A program made the position numbers and the translations under genes. The notes below the pieces were generated by a model. That model did not search any database. It was given only the letters and a program-made list of their open reading frames with translations, and was not told the DNA's origin. A stretch of 33,718 nucleotides of DNA from Lenisia limosa (lineage: Eukaryota > Protista > Breviatea), in the NCBI GenBank assembly GCA_001655205.1, contig LPNZ01008983.1, forward strand, positions 1 through 33,718. Reading direction: 5' to 3'. Below, in pieces: positions 10,413 through 22,268 of this stretch. Position 1 is the stretch's first letter, and every line of letters starts with the position of its first letter.

Positions 10413-13400
10413 ATGCTTTGGTTTTTTGTCTGCTTGGCATTATTGAGTTCAGCCTTTGCTGATACTCCTGCTGATTGCCACAGTGATCTCGTAGGCTTAA
10501 CTCATGGGATATGTGGATGTATTGCAGAGCCTTGTATATGCCTCGTCATATCTTTGTCACACCTCTCAGCTTATTGGTAAATGGACAGTCAAGATGACTA
10601 CGCCTCGCTTTGACCGCTATATCAACTGCTCCATGGTTTCAGAGGTGAGTTCGGTCCGGTGCCAACTGTCCCAGCCATCGCCGAACTCGGTTGTGAAATG
10701 ATTGGGGGAGTAATAAGGTTGTGAAATGATTGGAGTAATAAGGTTGTGAAATGATTGGGAGTAATAAGTATGATTATTATATATTTCTGGTCAGTATACT
10801 TGAATTGCAGTTTAGTATGCGTGTTACCCATGTACAGTTAGTATCCCCTCTAACAATCCAAGAGTCAAATGAGCGAGTCTGCTGACGTCTGGTTTTACCC
10901 CCCTTCCACTGTCCACTCCGTGGAGCTTGGCTCTGGGTATGATTGGTGTCTGTGACAACCTTTTTGTTCTTGAAACGGGTTTTTTTTTTATTATATTTTT
11001 AGCTTCTTCACTTCTGTCTACAACCAAGGTTTCGAGACCCGTTTTGAGAAGCTTTCGTTCTTCGCTTTCTTCCCGTAAGCAATGTTGCCTATTTATATGC
11101 TTTTTGTTATGCCCCCCCTCCCCTAATGAATTGAATCTTAGCGAACTTATAATCACCCCTCCTCTTATCCTCTGGGAGATTGAGTGATAGAGATCAAGTT
11201 GATCTTACACCACAGTTGGGAAGTCCAGCCAGATGGCAACGTCACCTCTTTCTGTGACCACACGCTCCATGGTTCTTTCCACAAGAATGATGTATGTTTG
11301 TGGATAAATTATCAAGCGTCACATGTGATATTGTGGGTTTAGACAACATAATCTCATTGAGTTCCGAGGATGCTCTCCTGTTGGTTGTTCTGTCCACATT
11401 TCTTCCTGTTGTACTAAAACCTGATTGGCAATAATAACCAGATCAACACCGACAACTATGGCTGCTTTATTATGACCCACGAGTCTTCAACCCCTGAAAC
11501 TGAGAAAAAGTGAGCACGGCTATACGCTAAGCATGACCCAATCAAATTGACTTCTTCAGGGTGACAGCGATCCGCAAGACCCACCAAAATGCCCCCGCCG
11601 CCGTGCCCATGCCCAACGCCCATGTGGTATGTTTCTTTTGTTGCCATTTTATGTTTTCATATAAAACATAGGGGTTCTCGTTCTAGATTAATCTGTTCTG
11701 TTAAACCACTGACACATCCAGACTTTCAGAACATCAGTAGACTACCTTGAGAAATTGGAGGACGCCTCAGACCTCTTCACAGTCAAGGCGTACGACTGGA
11801 TGCAAGGCCTTAAGGGCTCAGCTGTATGGGGGGAGTGAAGAAGAAGTAGGAATCGATAATCACTCTGATGAACAATTAACGAAAACAAAAGTCCCAATAA
11901 TTGTATTTTGTGGCCAAGGAGCTAATTCATCTTAGATTCATGCCCTTGCTGGAGGCAAGCGTCGCACTTTCACTCCACCTAAGGCCCTCAAGTCCAACCC
12001 CAAGGTAGGTGTGAGGCCTGTGACTAGCCAATATCATATGTATACTATTAGTTGTCGTACGTAGATAATGATGTGATTATGCTGATAGATAATTTCGCTG
12101 AAGTTGCCTCCTGCATCTTGTCATTACCCATTAGCCTGAAGGCCTCCCTACCTCCTTCGACTGGCGTGACGTTGACGGAGACAGCTACGTCATCCCTGTT
12201 CGCAACCAGGAACATTGCGGGTGGGTGGTTATTGGGGTGACCTGAGAAAAAATACGAAAGCTGTACGTAAATAATTGACGTGATGGTGTGGACCGCTTAT
12301 GCCTGATCTCTCATTTGGGGGAGATATGCATATATAGTATGACTTTCGGCACAATCATATATCTTGCCTAGTCAGTTCTATGAATGATTATATGATATAT
12401 TATACATATATGTATGATATGTGTAACCTTTCAGTTCCTGCTACACTTACGGGTCTACCTCTGCTCTCTCCGATCGTATCAAGTACTTTAGAAAAGTGGG
12501 AGTGGTGCTTTCTCCTCTTTTTAGCCTATGTTTCCTTTCTTTCAGACATTACATTAAGAGTCTAACCAGTACTCCCCTCTTTGCAAGTTAAGAGTCTAAC
12601 CATCGCAGCAAGACACCGTCTTTGCAACTCAGCAAATTGTGTCATGCTCCAGCCTCAGCCAGGGGTGCAACGGAGGATTCCCCTACCTTGTTGGGCGTTA
12701 TGTCAAGGTGGGAGTCAAGCTGATAGCATTTGAATGACCGAATGGCCTCAGTTAGTCCTTTGTACTGCATCATATACAATACCAAGCAACACAATACTCT
12801 ATTTTGAACAGCCCCTTGACACCTAGGACTATGGCCTTGACCCTGAGACCTGCTTCCCCTACCAAGCTGCTGACGTCCCCTGTGACTACTCTTGTGACGC
12901 ACAGAAGACCTTTGTCAAGGACTATTACTATATTGGTAGGGATGGGGTAGATTTCAGGTTCCAATCCGTGTAAAAAAGACCTTTGGATGTGTGACAACAG
13001 TCCATCTTAACTCCTTTCGCCAGGCGGCTACTATGGCGGCTGCAGCGCTGAAGCTATGATGGCTGAAATCTTCCAAAAGGGCCCTATTGCTATTTCCTTC
13101 GAGGTCACTGATAACTTCATGCATGTGGGCCTGGGATCCTCCCATGACAAATGATATTGTATTTATTGATCCAATATTCATTTCCCTTATTCATGCTGTG
13201 TTGCTTAGCCTGCAGTGATTGATACCTTGGGTTTTTTTTGTTTTCACCGAATTTTACTCCCTCCCAGTATCGTGGCGGTATTTACATTGAACAAACTGGT
13301 GTCAAGGCTCCTGTAACTTTCTTTGAGGTTTGCTTTCTTCTTCCTTTCTGGAGGTACCTTGGTTATCTCTTATTGTCCAGGAAACCAACCACATTGTTGA

Positions 13401-13631
13401 GATTGTTGGATGGGGAGAGGAGAATGGAGTGCCTTACTGGTCCTGCAAGAATTCCTGGGGTAGGCAGCGGAAATACAGTGATCAAGAATACTGCACATTG
13501 TTAAAATATATCACATGCTATTGATTCACCACGCAGGTACATCCTGGGGAGAAGGAGGATACTTCCGCATTCGTCGAGGCACAGATGAGCTTGCTATTGA
13601 GTCCATGGCAGTCGGCTTCGACCTGTTCTAA
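10413..13631 (+). CDS. CTSC: Cathepsin C (dipeptidyl peptidase I), papain family C1A with exclusion domain; 17 exons
   Basis: A signal peptide is followed by DTPADC and the exclusion-domain motifs LIGKW, VYNQGFE..FFAFF and VTSFC. The mature part reads [23 protein letters not shown] (catalytic Cys), [47 protein letters not shown] (His), YWSCKNSWG (Asn), [16 protein letters not shown]. Stop TAA at 13629-13631. Confidence 0.97.
10689..10767 (+). repeat. Intronic minisatellite, 3 x 25-28 nt
   Basis: Unit GGTTGTGAAATGATT(G)2-5AGTAATAA at 10689, 10717 and 10742; the copies differ only in G-run length. Confidence 0.9.
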
Positions 13632-14532
13632 GCTTCTTATGTTTTGTTTTTTGCTTCTCTTTGTTGATGAAGTAAACTATTATTACATTTTTACATGATG
13701 AGTTTTTCTTCCATTTCTACCAACCTCAAACTACTCCAAATCAAATTGCAATACCCATGCATGCATGATGCAGGGGAGTTGTCGGAATAACCCATCCCAA
13801 ATAAAGTAATACTGAAACACAATCTGGCAGTCCATGCGGCCGGAATACCTATGAATTCCTTTTGGTTTTAGCGCTCTTCCAAGCGCTCTCCTCACTCTTC
13901 TGGCTGCTATTTACCGTTATACCGTTATAATTGTGTTGTTGTAACGTGGATACAGATGCGGTATTAATAAGATATCATCGATCAGATTATCTTGAGATTA
14001 TCAGAGATCAGCAGGGTGTTGAGTTTTTGAGGTTGTCATAGCGTTGTATTCATCATCAGTTATTCCTTCATTTATTATTTCAATTTCACTTTCAAGGATA
14101 AATGTAGGGGTAATTGCAGAGGTTCGGGGGATAGTGTGGGTAGGTTTACGTGATTTGTAATTGGATTGCTGAAACAAGAGCTATCAATTCAAATTGAATA
14201 GTCTTCCGCCTTCTCCAAGCCTTCTGCTTTGATTCATCACCACAGGTATATATATAGTATTGGGGGNNNNNNNNNNNNNNNNNNNNNNNNNNNNNNNNNN
14301 NNNNNNNNNNNNNNNNNNNNNNNNNNNNNNNNNNNNNNNNNNNNNNNNNNNNNNNNNNNNNNNNNNNNNNNNNNNNNNNNNNNNNNNNGTTCGATTGGTG
14401 GCTTCTAAGCGTGTTAGGAACATAATAAAATGGGAAGAATAATTCGCCCAATCATTTGCCTACAACTCTGTGCTCCAGCATACCATTGATTCATAGTTTG
14501 CTACCAATACAGGAAATATTTAAATATTATTA

Positions 14533-17500
14533 TTATGTAACCCAATAGTTTCCAGTTGAAGGTCCATAATTCAGCCCACCAAGGGTATCGAGGTCCTGCC
14601 ATCCGCCACTCGGGTGCCTCCTTTTCTTTTTGCAGAGACAGAGAGTCGCCGCACCTACGTTGTTATTTATTCGGTCTGACGCAGCCATATAAATGATGTA
14701 ATGTTCCTGATGTCTCCACAACCATCCGGCAGCCTACCAGCCAAGCCAAGACCGGTGACGACGGCCAAGATGAGGGCCAAGCTCAACTCCTTCGAGTCGC
14801 CTTCCTCCGTCTCCGTCACCTGTGTCGTCAACGACAGTGCCAACCAAACGATAGTTCATTTGGAGAGACATCCACCTCTTTCTCAATAGAGTTATTATCT
14901 TCTCCAATTATTCAGAGTGTTTTTATCAAGAACATGAAATCCATACCTCAATGATACTGAAGACTGAAAGCCGGGCTGGAGCGATAGCAGTGCACGTGAC
15001 ACCCCTGTGTTTGGACACCTCGGTGCTGACCCCGGCTTGGGTCCACGCGGCTCCCTAGAAGGGAATAAGGAACAAAATTAAAGTCATAAATGAGGACGTA
15101 CTATGTTCATTTTTGACTTGGGTCATCGATATAACACTATGTACTATCATATCATATGTAGTATATCATGCGTCATCATGATATTTTCCATAATGGGCAG
15201 GTTTGTTCGGTGATCAAATGTGCTCCACCCTTATGGCTCACTTTCAGCTGTTTGCATGCGTGGCTCTCGCCAAACCTCGGCTGCTCCAGGCCAAAGATCG
15301 TGACCTCCACCTCTACGCCGGACTCATGGGTGAACACGTCAACCTGGGGGTAAGAGATTATCAAGAACATGAAATAGTGAAACAGACCATCCTAATTACT
15401 TGAGAAAAAGGAGAGAGCGTGAGATTAAACTATAAAGAAAGCCCGTGAAGGAGCTTGGTAGCACCAGCACAGTACAGACCTGGACTGGCGAGGTGGGGGC
15501 AATCTCATCATCAGGAGTCTGAATGGACGTTTGGACAACCTGCAGACGGATATCGCTACTGCGCGAGTGGCCCTCTTTTTCAGCCTCAATCTGCAGCATA
15601 ACGATGGATCAAGTTTTAAACGTGATAAATCGTTCTCAGACAATCTGAAAAGTACAAGCAACACTCCACTAGAAGCTTTGACCCCCCTCCCACGTGTACG
15701 ATATCCGAAAGTTGGAACTCATCAATCTCGCCGTGTCCAAACGCGGCCGCAGCAATGTTCTTGGGGGTAAGATGAGGTGCTAGGCTATCCCAATCTACAC
15801 GAAAATGAAGACAAGATGATGATATGAAACAATTGCGACAGGGGATATTGTCTTCAAAGTTGCTGAACGAATGAATAGGTGTAGATTCAGAGCACTAGCA
15901 TCAGAATGGATGCTAAAAGAAGACGATACTTTACGAGTGAGACAGAGTAGTAAGATCTGATACATACAATATAATATATCATATCAGAGAAAATATAATA
16001 ATGATAAAATATATCATATACTACTATACTATGCTATAGTCTATCACATGCAAGATGGCAGGCCAACCAAGTTAGATGCGACAATGACAACGTCATCTCC
16101 AGCCACTGATCCCATAAGGGCTTGGCTCGCGGACCTGAGGACGATGATGGCGTCTTCTTGCTCCATTTCGGTGATCTTTGTGGCCTAAACAGCTCAGAGA
16201 AATGGTGAGAATAAAAGCCAGTTATATGATCAAGGGGAAGTAATTAAGGCCTCTTGACTTTATACTTCATCGGTGTTGTATACCTTGATGAGATGGTCAA
16301 CTGCACCAACGGTTGCCACCACGGAGTCATGCTCGTCACCTTTACGGTTATCACTTTTCAAGGCTCAAAGAAAACCTGAATATGGTGTTCGAATGTTCAA
16401 TAGGTTAAATGAAGGAGATTCTTTTTTTTATTTAGTGTTCCTTGCGATATTCCTACCAGGAGGGTACTTAAGCTCTTTCATCAGCTTTAAAATTTTGGGA
16501 CGAAGGTTCTCATTTCTTAAAGGGTGAAAATAATTATGAATACAGTGCAGCAATGGCAGATAGGTTGCATAAGGCCAAAGTTCTAGCCTGTGTACTAAGG
16601 ATAATGCCTATTAATAACATCACACCCTCCATTTCTGCCTTACAGGCTCCACCCACACAGCTTTCTTGACCAGCTTATTGAATATCCGATTTTACCTCAA
16701 GGTACTCATGGCGAGTCTTGTGACCAGGTCGAATCTCAGGGTGTCGGTGGTTGGCGTGGTTGTGATCAAGTCCAGAGCCTTGGCCTAATGTAGTATGAGG
16801 CAAAAGTTGGTGGAAAATTACTAACTTGCCATTATATCAGTGGTCTTTGATGATTCAAACCAGCAACTCTTCCATCATGTAGATATGATATGCACTCTAT
16901 CCCGCGATCTTAGATTGGCCCCCATCAAACCTGGACATCAAGAAACTGCTTTGAAAGAGCGTTGGGTCCGGTGAGAGCTGCCAGAGCCATGTCAAGGGCA
17001 TTTAGGATGGCCACTTCACTGCCGGCGGCGTCAAGGGTCTGGAGAATCTGGGGGGGGGGGTGTCACGGACTATCTCAAAATAACTCTACTGGCTGGTGAG
17101 AAAAAGTCACAAGAAAACTTCGCTGAAGCCCATTTACACAACCAGGACATCCAACCTCGGTCGCAGGAGGGGCAGTGGTGTCCTTGAGACCCGTCATGCT
17201 GCGACAGCGCGATTTGTGGAGATCTTGCTCGGTGTATGCCGTGACGCAGAACGTGACGTTGCCCTCGGGTATCTTGGTGATGACGTGGTTTTTTTCCGAC
17301 GATGCTATCATCATTTCGGGGTAGGGCTCGTGGTGGATCGTGAAGTCATAACACAAGGGGTTGCCCAAGGGGTCAAACCAGTTTTCGGCCGTAACGCGAA
17401 CATTGTCGACAGAAGCATGGGCATATTCAGGGCTGAACAGCAGAGTGCCGACCGCAGGTTCCATAGCAAAGGGAAGGGCGTGGGATTTCGTTGCCACCTG

Positions 17501-20500
17501 GCCTGTCGTGATACTCTTTGCGTGACACGTGACCTCGAGTTGCGTCCATGTTTGGTTGAAGGGGGGCTGCAGGGTGATGGAGTTGGTGTCGCTGGTGAAA
17601 GGGGTCTTTGGGGTATCCCAAGAGAAGACCGAGTCGGTATCGGAAGCCGAAATGAACTGAACTGGTGTGTTTCTTCCGACAACAGCACCCTCAGGGACCG
17701 TGGTGAATGTGATGACAGGGACATGGCCGCGGGTGAAGCTGATGACGACCTGTGCAGTGCCACGACGCCCGACCGAAGGTGCCTTGACGGAAATGGTGAA
17801 GGTTACACGGTCGTTATCGTTGAACGTGTCGGCAGGGATATGAAGACTGTATTGTCAACAGAAAATACAAGGGCAATTTACATATATATATATGTATGTG
17901 TTCTAATACTGCGTTTATCAACTTATGAAAACTCATTGTGACATTATTTGTACTAACTTGTTGGTATGTAATATACAGTACATATTATGACAAAGTCCCG
18001 AAAGGCCCACTCCTTCTCTTCAGGCAGGGTGGCGCAGAAGTCGGCTCCACAGGTCCACTTGTAGGTGGCGTCGTTAGGAATGGCCTCGGTCGAAACGTTG
18101 AGGGTGATGTCCTTAGCAATGTACTGCGAAACTACCGGTGATCCGTCGCCGATTTGGATGGTGATGGGCGGCTACAGGTTTGAGGGTCCACACTATTTGG
18201 AAATGTAGTCTTTCATTACAATTGAAACACAAGTGCAAAATACTCCAACATATCAGAATATCCTTCCAACCTGCAGCGAGTGATGGACAGGAAGTTGGAC
18301 GGTTTTTGAGAACATGCCCTTGTGAACAGCGGTAGCGGTAACATAGGCTGTTTGGCCCTCAGGAAGGGCAGTGATGTTGACGGTGGCGTTGAAACGGTTT
18401 TCGTTCATGAGCAAGTAAGGGACACTTGAGTCCCAGAGCATGATAACGTCTGACGTGGTTATTACAATAGCGGGGGGGGGGGTCATTCATACTCCGACAA
18501 CTTTGTCTTTATTTTTAAATATCATATTATACACAGTATGACTTATCAATTGTATTGAAAACATCTGTCGTGTTGATATTGACAATGTCAGTCGGTATCG
18601 GCGCAATTCATTACTTCCCATTGCGACAAACCTTCGGAAGAGGCACATTCAAACATGGCCAGGGAGACCCCGATATCAGAATCGACAACAATGTCGAATG
18701 GTGAAACCTGGGGGGTTACAAGTTCCTAGTTGGTACCAAAATGGGTTGGGAAGTCAGAGGGGAAAGGCATACTCAGCAATAGCGTCACAACGGAATTATC
18801 CATGAACAAGTTGCGTTTTATGCTGAAGTAGAACCACTATCAAGGAGTCGGCAGCCAACCTGGTTGAACTCTAGTGCCAGTATCGTGATTTCGCGAAGGG
18901 AGGATGCCGAGGCAGTCAAATGGGCACCAAAGAACGGAACAGAAGCCGTAGCCTGTATTAATATCAGGACCGTTTGGGTTAATTTGAGGAAAGCATGGAG
19001 TAAAACATGGATATCTGATCACAATTGAGTGAACTCCCTTGCCCAAACAGTTCAACACCTTGGGATAAATGGTAGAAACGTAAATATTGAAAACAGCCAC
19101 TCAAATGCCCACTTTCAGGTTGGAAAACGTGACCGCATCAAACGAGGGAAGGGCAGTAGTGAATGGAGCCGTGAAGACCGTGGTGTTGGCAACGGTGGAG
19201 GTCCAGTTGGCAGCCTGGGTGGTCCAAAGGTCGGAACGGTCGACAGTGAGTGTCGCGTTCGTTGCTACGTCGCAGGCAGGGAATGAAAACGGGAGGGTCA
19301 GTGTGACTGTGGGGGGAACGACAGCCTCAAATCCCTCAATAATAACAGGGGAAGTGACGTTGACCGGTGTTGCCGTGCCCCAGACCTGACACGAGTCAAA
19401 GACGTTCATGAAGCTGAAGGCCTTCATCTTGGCCAAATCAAGCTCGTCAGCCCGCACAGTCAGCTCAAAGGAAGTTGCCGGGGTCTGTAACGCAAACATA
19501 CGCGCGTTTGCGCCAAACAGAGACGCGATTGTGGCGTTGCTGAGCGCACTGAGATAGGCCGGGCCGGTGATATTGAGGGCAATTGAGTAGGCGTCTGTGA
19601 AGGAGGCGGACAGTTCCAATACTTCGCCGGCGGGGTTGCAACCTTCGTTGTTACGAGATGATGAAGTATGCACAGATCCAATGAACAAAATATCCTTCAG
19701 TATGCCGGATGATATCAAAAAACAAATGAGAAATGAAAAAATCACGAACAACCCCAACCTGGAGACACGTTTGCTGAGAAGACGCCAGCAGGATTGATGC
19801 GAATGCCGAAGCCAGCACCATACGCGTCGGTGCCGAAGACTGACACACAGCCAAGGTCAAACTCATAGTAGCGGTGAAGGGCCTTAACTTGCCCCCGGAC
19901 AAACGTCCCGTTTTCAGCAAGGTACAGCCCGAAGTTGGTGGAGCAGTTGGTGAGCTCGAAGGCGCATCCCGAGCAACCAATCGAAACATTGACAATCGGG
20001 TCGAAGTGCGAGTTGATCATAAAGAAGTCCATTGGAGCCTTGGCTGCAGGGAAGTTGCCGAGATACTGCGGGATATTGCCGACATGCAGCGCGGCCTCGA
20101 GCCCGTTGTTAGTGATGTCCAAGCTGAAAGAGTGGCGGTCTCCTGAAGTAATGAACGTTTTAGTGTCGTTAGCTTCAATGCTGATCTTGATCTCGAGTGT
20201 GGTGTTGAGGACAGCTGTTTCGTCCCATGTCAGCTCTATTGACGACACAATAGCGTCAATATCTTCGACAGCCATGACGTCAGCAAACTCAGTTGCAAAA
20301 GCACTATTGGCCACCTTGAAGAGCCCATCAAAGCCCGGAATGGTGATGGCAATCTTGACGGGAAGAAGGGCACTAACGGTCTCGAGAACGCAGTGAATCT
20401 CGGGGCTGAGCTTGACGGTTACGTTGGAGCGACTCTCAACGACAAAGCCTCTAGTGGGCGTCGTCAAATGGAACGAGTTGGGGGCGTTACCCCAGGTTCC

Positions 20501-22268
20501 ACTGAGGAAGGGAAGGTCCACGCTGAGGATCTTGGAGCTGCCAACGGCATGGATACCGGCACTAGCGAGGATTCGGCACTGGAATGTAACGTCAGCGAAG
20601 TCGGCGAAGGGATGCACCCCAGCCTTGATGACCGGAATGCGGAGCTCCGTTGCTGAGCTCCAGACGGGGAGGCCAAAGAGACTGGCGTAGGTGGCCTGGG
20701 GGGGGGGNNNNNNNNNNNNNNNNNNNNNNNNNNNNNNNNNNNNNNNNNNNNNNNNNNNNNNNNNNNNNNNNNNNNNNNNNNNNNNNNNNNNNNNNNNNNN
20801 NNNNGGCGGGATTAACACCCAACCTAGGGTTGTGAAAGAGAAAAACTGCTAAAACACTCTCATATTGGATATCTCGTTTACGGTGAAGAAATCCGGCAAC
20901 AGTACTGCCCACATACACGATCCTGGAGGCACGTGAGATCAGCCTTCGTGACTGGGGGTTTGTTGGTGTCGGTGTCAAAGGTGATCTAGAGACATGAAGG
21001 CTTTCCATCATCCTATCTGATGGTCCTAGTTTCAATGCTTGACTTTCAAAAAATCTTGTATCAATTGGCTGAGAACAATCGTGCAACTTCCAATATTGTG
21101 ATCCTTATTCAGTATCCATCATATCATAATNNNNNNNNNNNNNNNNNNNNNNNNNNNNNNNNNNNNNNNNNNNNNNNNNNNNNNNNNNNNNNNNNNNNNN
21201 NNNNNNNNNNNNNNNNNNNNNNNNNNNNNNNNNGCCGTAACGTTGACCACAACGCCTGGTCCAGGTGGGGGTGGTGCAGGAGTGAAGAACTCGGCTATAC
21301 AGTCAACAAAGACCACTTTCTGAACAGTTTTGTGGAATTGGAAAACATTAGGCATACCATCTCTTGAGGTGTTGGCTGCTTTGTTGTGGACAAGCACCGT
21401 AAAGACATAGTACTCGCCAAGAACAATAGTATAGTCCACGGAATCGGAAGAGACATTGAAGCCAACAGGGGATATTAGGGTGTTGTTGACGTAGAGACCT
21501 GGTTAATAAAAACAAGACCAAGAACATCTTATCATGATACCAGTTTCCCTACTAACCTCCTTCAATAAGAGTGTGGGGAGAAGCAGAAGACTTGACAGAA
21601 ATGGTCGCATTAGTCTGGTCATTTCCACTGAAGGGTGATTACCTATATAAGGGAAATTGAAAGGAGTATTTGTGTGAGCATTATTCCTGATAAAGCTGGA
21701 CCAGTATTCACTACTCCTGAACGCAATATATCAAGATAATAATGATTGTCAAAGAAAAACTGAATATCATGGTAGTCAGGCACGAAACCCCAACCCTTAC
21801 TCATAGAGAATATCAAGATGGTCAATGTACAGGGTCTGGGAAGGCACCACATCAAGGAAGGCCTCAAGAACCGTCTTCTCCGTTGTATTTGATCCAATTG
21901 AGTAGATCTCAGCCGAAATGTCAACACCGTATACAATCGCATCTGTGTTGTTTAGGAAGAAGTTGTAGTAGTCGAGCGTGTCTGTGACAATGACGGTGGT
22001 ATTGGTGCCAGGAACGGCTACTGCATGGGTTTCATTCCAGATGCCTTCTGAAGAGGAAAAGGAGTAATCAACAAAGAAGTCATTTCCTTCGATTTGGGCT
22101 GCCGTAAGATTATAGTTTAAAGTTGCCTCATTGATGGTGACAGAAAGATCAGCGCAAGCTGGAGAGTAAGAGAGTTCGAACTGCAATACCGTAGGTTCTA
22201 TATCACATACCATTTAGAAAGATGGCTGCAAAGAAGAAGGAGAAGGCGACTAGCGCGCCTTGCCTCAT
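14533..22268 (-). CDS. Large type I membrane protein (about 1,500 aa): signal peptide, beta-rich glycosylated ectodomain, REJ region, GAIN/GPS-like motif, one TM helix and a short tail
   Basis: ATG at 22268 gives MRQGALVAFSFFFAAIFLNACA via a 52-nt intron (22159-22210). REJ-type motifs are YKWTC..FC..LHIPADTF and EPAVGTLLFSPEYAHASVDNVRVTAENWFDPLGNPLCYDF. A helical segment is followed by the GPS-like HAC..AAWTQAGV..VTCTAIAPARLSVFSI. The TM segment LSLALILAVVTGLGLAGAATLCLC is followed by KKKRR. The 3' end is uncertain: stop at 14533 if unspliced, or a further exon ending near 14189. Confidence 0.85.

Noticed and set aside
16692-16694. In-frame TAA followed by plausible coding sequence (NRIFNKLVKKA), suggesting stop-codon reassignment
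   Set aside because: The TAA is part of an AG|GTAAAA donor, and a 44-nt exon at 16544-16587 matches both flanking phases. TAA and TAG end conserved genes at the expected places (amidase, CTSC), supporting the standard code.
17096-17941. 281-aa plus-strand ORF, and similar ORFs at 19029-20690
   Set aside because: These are antisense shadows of long GC-rich coding exons of the minus-strand receptor, with no recognisable motifs.
18255-18266. ATATCCTT (also at 19689), resembling a U12-type donor
   Set aside because: Both lie antisense to the host gene, and no AT-AC or U12-type intron was needed in any gene model.
22198-22210. Apparent 13-nt GT-AG micro-intron (GTATGTGATATAG) or frameshift after the receptor signal peptide
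   Set aside because: A normal 52-nt intron (22159-22210) with a good pyrimidine tract restores the frame and gives a better signal peptide (FLNACA-DL).
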